Part shown: positions 48,430 to 58,200 of the stretch, piece after piece | Numbering within the stretch: position 1 is the first letter of the stretch | How the letters are laid out: every line of letters begins with the position of its first letter | IMG/VR virus record: IMGVR_UViG_3300047510_001118 | Location: 124,001 to 188,000 of that record | DNA length: 64,000 nucleotides | Reading direction: 5' to 3' (one strand) | The notes under the pieces: generated by a model | What the model saw: only the letters and a program-made list of their open reading frames with translations | What the model was told of the DNA's origin: nothing | The model's database searches: none | Program-made: the position numbers and the translations under genes

Positions 48430-48452
48430 AGTGTTATTTATACTCCTAACCT

Positions 48453-49310
48453 TTATTTTTTATATTCTTCAATTACTACAATTCCTGGGCGACCGTCTGA
48501 TCCCCTGTGCCCATGGAAATATCCACCTGTGCCGCCAGTTCCTGGCGCACTGTGTCCTTGGTGATTATGACTAAAGTGGCCTCCTTGCGGATGTCCGCTA
48601 GGTGCTGGACCACCAAAGTGACTAGTGCCGCCTGGACCAAAACTATGATGATGTGCGCCACCACCACCTTGATGTATATTTAAATCTCCACCACTACCTG
48701 AGGCACTAACTCCACCCGAGTGCTGGTTTTGTCTATTAGCGCCATGTCCTCCGCCTGCTGACACATATGGACCAAATGAACTACCGTTGCCGTTACCGCC
48801 AGCGCCCGCATAGTATGTTCCGCCACCGCCGCCGCCGATAGTAATACCTACTGAACTAATACTAGTAACATCCATAATTCGTTCAGCATAACCACCTGCT
48901 CCGCCACTTTCTCCGTGACCACTGGCACCACCTCCTGCGCCCTGTACCTTAACCCGAATATATCGAACACCTGCTGGTCTATTCCAAGTACCGTTGCTAG
49001 TAAACACTGACATCCCGCTAAAACCTATTTGAGAGTATTCGTAGGCATTATTTGATGGATTAACTCTAAGAACTGAATTTGAGCCGCCAACACTAGTGAG
49101 TCCTGTGCCTCCTTTACCTACAGGCATAGTTCCGGTAGATACACTGCCAGCAAGATCAACAGAGCTTCCTGCTAATTTACCCGAAGAAACTGCCCCACCT
49201 TGAATATTAGTGGTTGTAATGGTAGTGGATGCTATCTTAGCATTAGTAATAGTGCCGTCGATAAATGATGCACTAACTAAACGTTTTAATGATTGATAAT
49301 CAAATGGCAT
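48453..49310 (-). CDS. Short fibre protein with Gly/His-rich C-terminal domain (paralogue A)
   Basis: MPFDY start, pentapeptide shaft, FTSNGTWNRPAGV...QGAGGG Gly-rich domain. Confidence 0.8.
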   Translation of the reverse strand: MPFDYQSLKRLVSASFIDGTITNAKIASTTITTTNIQGGAVSSGKLAGSSVDLAGSVSTGTMPVGKGGTGLTSVGGSNSVLRVNPSNNAYEYSQIGFSGMSVFTSNGTWNRPAGVRYIRVKVQGAGGGASGHGESGGAGGYAERIMDVTSISSVGITIGGGGGGTYYAGAGGNGNGSSFGPYVSAGGGHGANRQNQHSGGVSASGSGGDLNIHQGGGGAHHHSFGPGGTSHFGGPAPSGHPQGGHFSHNHQGHSAPGTGGTGGYFHGHRGSDGRPGIVVIEEYKK

Positions 49311-49322
49311 GCTACTATCCTA

Positions 49323-50183
49323 TTAGAAAAATTCTGTAATTACTACGATTCCAGGACGACCATCAGAACCTCGATGTCCATGGAAATATCCGGCAGTTCC
49401 GCCAGTGCCAGGAGCACTGTGTCCTTGGTGGTTATGACTAAAGTGGCCACCTTGCGGGTGACCTGCTGGTGCTGGGCCTCCCCAAAAACTGGCTCCTCCC
49501 ATTCCCGATGAACGCTGTTCGTGGCCACCGCCTGAACCAGTATGTATGTTAAAATCGCCGCCGCTGCCAACTCCACTTAGACCACCGTTGTGGTTGTTAT
49601 GTCTATTGGCGCCGTGGCCTCCACCTGCTGACACATATGGACCAAATGAACTACCGTTGCCGTTACCTCCGGCATTGTTATAGTATGTTCCGCTACCGCC
49701 ACCACCTACAGTAATACCAACGTTATTGATACTATCGACATTTAACAGTCTTTCAGCATAGCCACCTGCAGCGCCACTTTCACCGTGACCGCTGGCTCCG
49801 CCAGCACCGGCCTGTACTTGGATCCAGATATATCGTACTCTGCTATCTCCCTTACTCCAAGTTCCGTTTCCGGTAAAAACTACCATTCTATAAATGCCTG
49901 TTGGGCGGAATTCAATACTATTATTTGATGAATTAGTAGCAAGTAGATTATATGCGCCACCGGTGCTTGTACTACCTGTTCCGCCTTTGCTAAAAGGTGT
50001 AGTTCCGCTGACTACACTAGAACCAAAGTCTACTGAACCAGAACCTAATTGGGTTGCTGTAATAGTATTAGGGGCTAGTTCTGCGTTGGCTACAGCATCA
50101 GTGGCAAAGTCCGATCCAACTAGAGTTGAATTAACTAAAGCACTGTTTGATAGTTGTTTTAATGATTCATAATCAAATGGCAT
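49323..50183 (-). CDS. Short fibre protein with Gly/His-rich C-terminal domain (paralogue B)
   Basis: Same architecture as paralogue A. Confidence 0.8.
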   Translation of the reverse strand: MPFDYESLKQLSNSALVNSTLVGSDFATDAVANAELAPNTITATQLGSGSVDFGSSVVSGTTPFSKGGTGSTSTGGAYNLLATNSSNNSIEFRPTGIYRMVVFTGNGTWSKGDSRVRYIWIQVQAGAGGASGHGESGAAGGYAERLLNVDSINNVGITVGGGGSGTYYNNAGGNGNGSSFGPYVSAGGGHGANRHNNHNGGLSGVGSGGDFNIHTGSGGGHEQRSSGMGGASFWGGPAPAGHPQGGHFSHNHQGHSAPGTGGTAGYFHGHRGSDGRPGIVVITEFF

Positions 50184-50193
50184 ACTTTATCTC

Positions 50194-51045
50194 TTAATAA
50201 TAATTTGTTACTACAACAATACCCGGGCGGCCATCTGAACCTCTATGCCCGTGAAAATGTGCTCCAGCACCGCCGGTTCCTGGCGCACTGTGTCCTTGGT
50301 GGTTATGGGCAAAATGGCCGCCCTGTGGGTGGCTACTAACTGCTCCGCCGCCAAAATATGTATCTGCTGTACTTTGAGCACTATAAGCATGATGGCTAAA
50401 ACCTCCGCCCATGTGTAAGTTTAGGTTTCCTCCGGATCCCACGCCGCTAACTCCACCTGAGTGCTGGTTTTGTCTATTAGCACCGTGGCCTCCGCCTGCG
50501 GAAATGTAAGGCCCAAAACTAGTACCTCCTCCGTTACCGCCAGCATTGGCGTAATAAGTTCCGCTACCTCCGCCGCTGATAGTAATACCCACTGAACCGA
50601 TACCGGTAACATCAAGAAAACGTTCAGCATAGCCGCCGGCTCCGCCGCCTTCACCGTGTCCTGAGCCGCCGCCGGCGCCACCTTGTACTTGTACTCTTAT
50701 GTATTTTACACCTGCTGGTCTATTCCAGGTGCCACTACCAGTCCAAACTTGAATACTAGCAACTCCGTGTTGTTCCCAACTTAGACTTGAACCGTTACTT
50801 TGAAGAGCCCTATAACCACCACCAAAACTGGTAATTCCAAGACCACCTCGACCGATAGGTAACGTACCTGTGGTTGTACCTGATCCAACATCTACTGCTC
50901 CGGACGCTAACTTGGCTGCTGTTACGTTTCCGTTTACTATGTTACCGCCAGTGATAGTACCGTCTTGTATGTCACTGGCTGTAAGAGCTCCGTTAACAAC
51001 AGCATCACTTGTGATGTTTTTAAGCGTTTGATAATCAAATGGCAT
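50194..51045 (-). CDS. Short fibre protein with Gly/His-rich C-terminal domain (paralogue C)
   Basis: Same architecture as paralogue A. Confidence 0.8.
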   Translation of the reverse strand: MPFDYQTLKNITSDAVVNGALTASDIQDGTITGGNIVNGNVTAAKLASGAVDVGSGTTTGTLPIGRGGLGITSFGGGYRALQSNGSSLSWEQHGVASIQVWTGSGTWNRPAGVKYIRVQVQGGAGGGSGHGEGGGAGGYAERFLDVTGIGSVGITISGGGSGTYYANAGGNGGGTSFGPYISAGGGHGANRQNQHSGGVSGVGSGGNLNLHMGGGFSHHAYSAQSTADTYFGGGAVSSHPQGGHFAHNHQGHSAPGTGGAGAHFHGHRGSDGRPGIVVVTNYY

Positions 51046-51063
51046 ACTAGATATAACCCTCTA

Positions 51064-51891
51064 TTAAATACCAGATTCTAATAACCAACCGTATGATGAG
51101 TTGGAATAGACTAAACTAAATGCAGCACCAGCAGTTGTAACTGTCATAGTATCTAACTGACGCATGATACGCTGACCGTTGTTACCGACTGTTAATGCTC
51201 TAACGTTAAATGTTCCTGCTAGGTCGATAAACCAAACTTGATCTCCTGTTGCTGGACTTGCTGGCAATGTTAAAGTAATCGCTGTTGAGCTAGTATCAGC
51301 AAAAACTCGATCGCCTGCGGCCAGTGTTACAGAACTGTTTCTAGTAACCCACGGTTTACCGTAGGTTCTTTCTGTAAAAATCTTTGTCATCAAATGGTAA
51401 TCTGCTGACGGAGTAAATGATGAGCTGGCTGTTACAGTTGAACCGTTAAATGTAGCGGTGCCTGATACTGTTAAACTTCCACCCAAATTAGATGCGCCAG
51501 TACCTACAGTAAATGTTGATGATCCTGTTACTGATGTATTGCCGCTAAATGCAGCAGTAGTAGCAGTTAAAGGACCACCAGTGTTAACATAGGCTATGTA
51601 ATCAGTACCATTGGATGCTAGACTCACTGCCGCACCGGCTACTAAACTCCAGTTAGCACTGGCTGTTACGGCGGGATTTCTAATCACTCCTGCTGGAGTG
51701 TTTAATGTGACAGTGCCGCTGGTTGAATTATAAAATGTCTGGTGCGCACCAGCAAACAACGCCGGGGTCGGTAATGTCACAGTATAAGGCGCCGTACCGG
51801 TAAGTGTCGTAAATAGACCCTGATCTGGTGTTGTATATGTAATTGATCCGGATGTCGTCGTTACCGGAAACGAGGTATTATATCGTGCCAT
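51064..51891 (-). CDS. Tail-fibre-related protein
   Basis: Two T-x-TLP modules; DTS..A.T.TLPASP..GD.V..ID..GTF fibre repeat. Confidence 0.7.
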   Translation of the reverse strand: MARYNTSFPVTTTSGSITYTTPDQGLFTTLTGTAPYTVTLPTPALFAGAHQTFYNSTSGTVTLNTPAGVIRNPAVTASANWSLVAGAAVSLASNGTDYIAYVNTGGPLTATTAAFSGNTSVTGSSTFTVGTGASNLGGSLTVSGTATFNGSTVTASSSFTPSADYHLMTKIFTERTYGKPWVTRNSSVTLAAGDRVFADTSSTAITLTLPASPATGDQVWFIDLAGTFNVRALTVGNNGQRIMRQLDTMTVTTAGAAFSLVYSNSSYGWLLESGI

Positions 51892-51906
51892 TTGCTATCC
51901 GCCCTC

Positions 51907-52227
51907 TTATGATGTTGAAGTTTCGATACCGTAAACTGTAGATCCAACTGTGGCTGCGCTAGACCAAACAACTACGTTAATACCTGCCTGCGCTACTAGA
52001 CCTGTTCTTTCAAACACACCTTTTGGCGCAATAACTGTATCGTATTCAAGATAATCTTGATCGTTTGGTGTTGCCGACGTTGCTAATGCCAGTCTTACTG
52101 TAATCGATGTTGTGTTTCTATTAGTAATAGATACATTGAATACAGAATAGTAACCAGTTGGTACAGTATATACTACTGTATTTGTTGTGGCTGGGATTGC
52201 CTGTACTCCTAATCTTCCTGTTGCCAT
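51907..52227 (-). CDS. Small beta-rich virion protein (106 aa)
   Basis: T.VYTVP, NVSI.NR, LE.TG.V pattern. Lies in the fibre operon. Confidence 0.65.
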   Translation of the reverse strand: MATGRLGVQAIPATTNTVVYTVPTGYYSVFNVSITNRNTTSITVRLALATSATPNDQDYLEYDTVIAPKGVFERTGLVAQAGINVVVWSSAATVGSTVYGIETSTS

Positions 52228-52241
52228 GTTTTATTTCTCCA

Positions 52242-55200
52242 TTATCTTTGCATAAAGAATCCAAGTGCAACGGGAGCCCCGTCGATGCCACCTGTGAAAT
52301 TCATCTTACTTGTAACATTAAGTGCTACACCCGTTGTAGTACTAATGCTATTACCTGCTATATATACCACACCCGCGGTCAATGTATTTACGTTTAATGA
52401 GCTCTGACCACCGCCAATTTGTGCAGTGATATATGCTTTAATTGCTCGCTGTGTAGGTACCACGTTATCGCTATCCGCTGTAAAGAACGGATCTGTGCTG
52501 AACTGTGTAATGATTGCTGATCCAATACCTAGTTCCACAGAACCCAACTGCAGACTGTTCAAACCGCTTAGGTTAAACGCCGAAGCGTTCAATGTAGCAG
52601 TACCAGTTGCTTGTTGGACTCCGAACAAGTCGCCAACGTTAAAGTTACCGTCTTGGTCAGTGGCTGTAAAGAATACTCGTCCGCCGCCGCTAAACAGTTC
52701 TTGATTAGCCTGACTTGCTGTGCTAATATCCACATTTGGATAGTTAGTTTGGTTGAAGTTACCTGTACCGATGTACAAGTAATCGTGACCAGTTAATCGA
52801 ACCTGACTGTACTTAATTCTTGTGGTAATTAAATCGCCGTGTCCTGGTGCTTGTAACACAGTTAAACCTGGGTTAATTTGGAAGGTTGCTGTGTAATTTC
52901 CTAGATCACCCAGTACGTTATTTACAGTAACTAGTTTGAAATACAATCCTGGTAAACTTGCGAACTCGACGTTAGCACCCGCTGTTGGAATATCGTACAA
53001 GCCGTTTACTGAAATAAATGTGCTTGGTTGATATAGGTTAGCGTAGCCGTCACCTAGTGTTTCTGCCTGTGCTGTTGAGTTATCAGCACCTCGATTTGAG
53101 AAGCTCGGATTACCTAGAGCCCCGTCACCTAGACGAACTCTAAATGTAGCCGGTAACACCTTGTTAGGATCAGTTACTGAGAACACAGGACCTGCTCTGT
53201 ATGTCATACCAGATATAGTAGCGTCAGTTAGTTGAACTGGTGTTGTTGATCCAGCAGTAGTACTGATTTTGAAACTCGATGCTGTGATAGTTGAGCCAAT
53301 TACATAATATGTGTTTTCTTCAACTAGTCCGCCTGCTGTTGTTCCAAAGAATTCAACCGGCATGCTGTCAACTAAGTTAATAGTGTTGCTGACATTAATC
53401 ACGTCTGTTGATGCTACAGTTGAAGAAACTGTTCCTTTTGGATATCCTGAACCAGGTTCGATCATACGAACTTCTGCTACTATGCCTGATGCCACTCTCA
53501 CGCGACCCAGTGCTTGAGCTCCGGTTCTAACTGTATTTGCTATAGTTCCCGATGCGGCTGATATCAGAGCAAATATTCCAGTATTGCTTGGATTACCAAA
53601 TGCTCCGCTGATCCAACTTGAGCTAACTGTTAACGTTCTTGCTGTCCAGTTTAGACCATCTGGACTTGTAGCACAGGCTGTTGTACCAGAGGCTGTGGCT
53701 ATAAACATACCTTGTCCATAGGTTACACTAGTCCATGAAGTACTAGTTGGCAATCCTGCTGGACTTGCTACCCAAGTCTGTCCTCTATCGATACTTACTG
53801 CAGCATTTCTTCCGCCGCTGGCCACTGCTACAAATCTACCATTACCGTAGGCTAATCCTGACCAAGTAGTGTTTGCTGGCAGAGTTCCGCCTGCTGTCCA
53901 ACTTGTACCGTTGGTAGAATATGCTGTTTGATTATTGCCTGTGGATATAGCAACGAATGCCTTGGCTCCATATGCTACTGCTGAATATGTTCCTGCTCCG
54001 AGACTTGGAATAGTTCTTGTTGTGAAACTTGTACCGCTAGTACTTGATGCCGCACTTGATGCGCCACCAACAGCAACATAAATGTTATTGCCGTAAGCAA
54101 GGCTTACTAAATTGCTGGCCGGTAAAGCAGTACCTGCTGTCCACGCAGATATTGTTGAAATGCCTGTTCTAGTAGTATATGCTATATCAGTACTGCCTGT
54201 GGCTATAGCCACATATTTGGCTGTTGAATCTAATATAGTTACTGTTGGTGTTGTAGTATATCCTGCTCCTGTATTTGTAACAGCAATACTTACTACTCCG
54301 TCTGTTGTGCCTGTTGCTGAAACTCTTGAAGGAGTTAAAATCGCTGTAGTACCAATATACAATAATGAAGCAGTGCCGTTACTTACAGTACCTGACTGAT
54401 GTACTGGCCCGCCAACACCTGTTGTTCCTGCTAATGTTACACGATACCAATTTTTAATGTTAGGTGTAACTGTGGTGTTTGTATGATACAGAATAGAATC
54501 TAAACTAACTGATGTGCTGGAAGCCCACACTGATCCTGTAAATGGATCACCAATTGAAACATCTGGATTACTGTTGTATCCTCGACCCCAACTTTCCACT
54601 GTTACTTGTGTTATTCGATCTGTGGCCGCAGAAACAGTCGGTGCTACGTTATAGCCAGATCCAGGAATAGTCACTGTTACATCTGTAATTCTGCCATCTA
54701 ATACGGCACAGGTAGCAGTGGCGCCCGTTCCTCCACTTACTGCGGTAAACACAATAACTGGCGGTGTGTCATAACCTTGGCCGCCGTCTAGAATTTCAAC
54801 TCTAGCAACTTGATCTGCTGTGGCTGCGCCTGTGGTATTTGCTTCGCCTAAGATAGCCCTAAACTGTGCGCCACGACCGCTTAATCCGCCAACTACGGCA
54901 GTGGCAACTGCTCCTTCTCCACCGGCATATACTACACTAGACCAGTTTGCGCTGGAAGGTAATACACCTGCGTTGGCCCAGGTCACACCGTCTGGGGAAT
55001 AACTTGTTGAAGTACTGTTATTAGCAATAGCAACAAATTTATTATCACCGTAGCAGACATCTTTCCATGTTGTTGTTGAAGAAAGTGTTCTAGCAGTAGC
55101 ATTAAATCCTGGAGCACTGTAAGAAACTCTTGGTTCAATGATATACGCTGTTGTTAAATCTAGAGCGGCTTCTATTGGTGTTCCTGGAACAGCATGATCC

Positions 55201-58200
55201 CAGCCAGCGGCTAAGATCGTCATAGATCCTGATGCTGTTGATAATGTTACTGCTCCGCCTCCTGGAGTTGTACTCACAGTAAATTGTGTAGCAGTTAATC
55301 CTGCGCTTCTTACATAGTAAGGAATATTAGCAGTAATTCCGCCGAATGCTGTGCCTGTAAAGTATATAGGCATGTTAGCATATAGACTTGCTGTGCTAGC
55401 CACAGTAATAAGATTACTAGTTACTGTAGTATTAGTAGCAGTTAACGAAGTAAATGAATCTTTATACACCTGTGCTACTTTACTACCATTTAAGAAAGTT
55501 AAGATATTAGCATATTGACCTACACCAGTACCAGCAGTAATTTGTATTCTCATGCCGTTATAAGCATTAGTTAATGCTGTATCTGTGGCTGCGATTGTAA
55601 TTTCAATGTCAGTACCGCTTTGTGCAGCGTTTTGTGCGCTGGCATAGTTGGTGCCGCCAGACCCATTACCGTCATCTGGGTCAATAATTCTTGTTTCAAA
55701 TACTGCCCCGTCTCGATATTCGTCTGCTAGAGCCTCGATATTATAACCACTACCGCTTACTGTGTGAACTGTGTTGGAATAATCTGAGCCAGCATTACCA
55801 AATTCTAAACGTAGAACTTCCATAGTGCCGTCTGTTACTACGTTAGTGATCTGTGCTTGAGCGGCTTTATTATCTACTCTAGCATATAGCGGTGTTTCTT
55901 TACTAGATACACCTTCAGCAATAACACCATATGTACCATATGAGCTGTTACCGTTGGTAGCACGGATACGTCCGCCTTTTTCTGCTAGGTATCCAGCGTA
56001 TCCATAGTAGTTAAACACAGATACAAGTTCTGTTAATGAGTCACTACCAGTACACCATACACCTAGACCGTCTGACATAATAGTAGTAAAGTCGTTCTTA
56101 ACCATAGACTTGTTACCGCCATTGTGTAAACTTGAATCGATCTTAGCACCAGAACAGCCTGTTCCGAACATTGTTACGTTCTGGCTATAGTGAGATCTTG
56201 TTAAGATCCATACAGATTCGTCGTTTGGACCAAACCCTGGGTCAAGGGCAACATAGGCGCCAGCAGTTGGTCGTTTAGTTCCGAAATCATTTAGTGCGCT
56301 CAAGTCACCGTTTAAACCAATTAATGTACAATTTCTTAGGCCGCAGGCATTTCTTGTACGGAACATATCTGCGTATTCAGAACCTTTAACTGCGTTTAGA
56401 TACAACTGTGCCGAACGTGTTGTCTTATAGTTGCCTGGCCAACGTAAATCGTAGACTAAGGCATCCATATATTCACGCATATCTCTCTTACATGAAGTAG
56501 GATCGTAAGCATATACCACAGTCATTGAGCCTGTGCTGGTAGTTAAACTTACATCATTGCCGCCTTTGGTTAGGCTAATTGTGAATTCAGTAGCACTTGG
56601 TACTGAAGTTACGTAGTAAGTTTCTGTATTAGATACACCACCGAAAACATTAGTAAATCTTACAGGATCGTTAACTGAAAGATTATGTGCCAATGCTGTT
56701 TCTAAAATATTGGAAGGACTTGTAGTGTCTGTGACTTCTCCGCCGTATGTAGCCGCAATGTATGCGCTGGCTTCTTCTGCTAAGAAATCTAAGTTTGCTT
56801 TAATAACTAAAGAAGAATTAATCAATCCAGAATCGTTAGCATAAGACATAGTGCCGTGTATTTCTGGTTGTTCACCTACACCAAACTCTAGGATATCAAT
56901 AATAATATCCATACCATTTTTTGCTGATGTAGAAGCATCGTCGCTACTTGATATTGTATTAACTATTCTTCTACGTAATTCTCTAAATGTCTGTAGAGTA
57001 GCACGTTTTTGTTCACCAATAACTTTGCTGGCCTGTGCTTGATAGTAGGCCATACCTGCTTTTACAGCACGGAAGTTACTGCCCATGAGCATGTCATAGG
57101 TTACAGCATCAATAACGTAACCCATGTCGCGTTGACATGTAACTGAATCGTAGACTAAGTTAGGATAATTTTCACCGATCCAATCTGACACTAGGCTGAT
57201 AATTGTTGCTCGAGCAGACTGCAGTGTTGTAGCCTGAGTTAGCATATCGGCACTTACCCAAGAAATATCTGGTAAATTAGTTGTTTCTGCCAGTATTGTT
57301 AGCCCAGTTCCACTAGTGAAAGATGTTATCGCAGTACCGTTCCAAGTAGCAGATAATGTAAATTGTGTACCAGATGGAATAGTTTTAACATAATATGTTA
57401 CCCCAGAATCTAAACCGTTAGCACTGGCCTGTGGACGAATTTCGTCACCAATATCCAAACCGTGAGCCGATGCTGTGGTAAATGTTGTTCCGCCAACAAT
57501 GTCAGTAATTGTTACTCTTGGCACACCTGTTGTAAGCCCTTGGTCGATAATATTTGTAATAATATCAACTAAACTACCTACAAGTGTTGAGGATGTAGCA
57601 TCACCGGTTGTACCTGTAATTCTTGTAACGGTACCTTGCAGTGTTGAATATACTCCGCCGCTGGCAATTGCTTGTAATACGGTCTTTAATTGTGCGTAAG
57701 CGTTTAAAGTTGCTGTCTTATCTGCCGAGTCAATCTGTAAAGCATTTGTTAATCTTGAATAGTAAGCAACACCTGCTTGTTTGCTGGCAAAACTACCACC
57801 ATATGTTAGGTCGTAACGTACAGCATCAACAATATACTCGACATCTCGCATACATTTTTCTTCACTGTACACAATTGAAGGGTAATTGTCGTCAATAAAT
57901 TGTTGTACTTCTGCGGCAATAAATTTTTTGTTTTGAGTGATTAATTTTGCTGCCGCATGATTTTCAACATCATAACCAGTAAATGTTGGCCACTGGAATC
58001 GAGGCTGTTTACCATTTCTGATGTAACTAACGATAGTTTCAATACCTAGTTGTGCCTTAGCACTACCGCCACCTACCGCCAGTCCTCGAATTTTATATTT
58101 TAAGAATTTAACTAGACCTAAACTGGCTTTCTTTTGGCTTGCTAAAACTGTTAGAGCAGATTCTAAATTTCTATAATAGCTCTTACCAGCGATTATTGAA

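Noticed and set aside
48453-51045. Diversity-generating retroelement TR/VR pair
   Set aside because: Differences between copies are mostly third-codon-position and not adenine-specific. All copies are full genes, and no reverse transcriptase is in the window.
53500-55100. Photosystem II assembly factor (Ycf48-like) auxiliary gene
   Set aside because: These are generic Asp-box propeller repeats inside a virion protein and give no evidence for a photosynthetic role or a cyanobacterial host.
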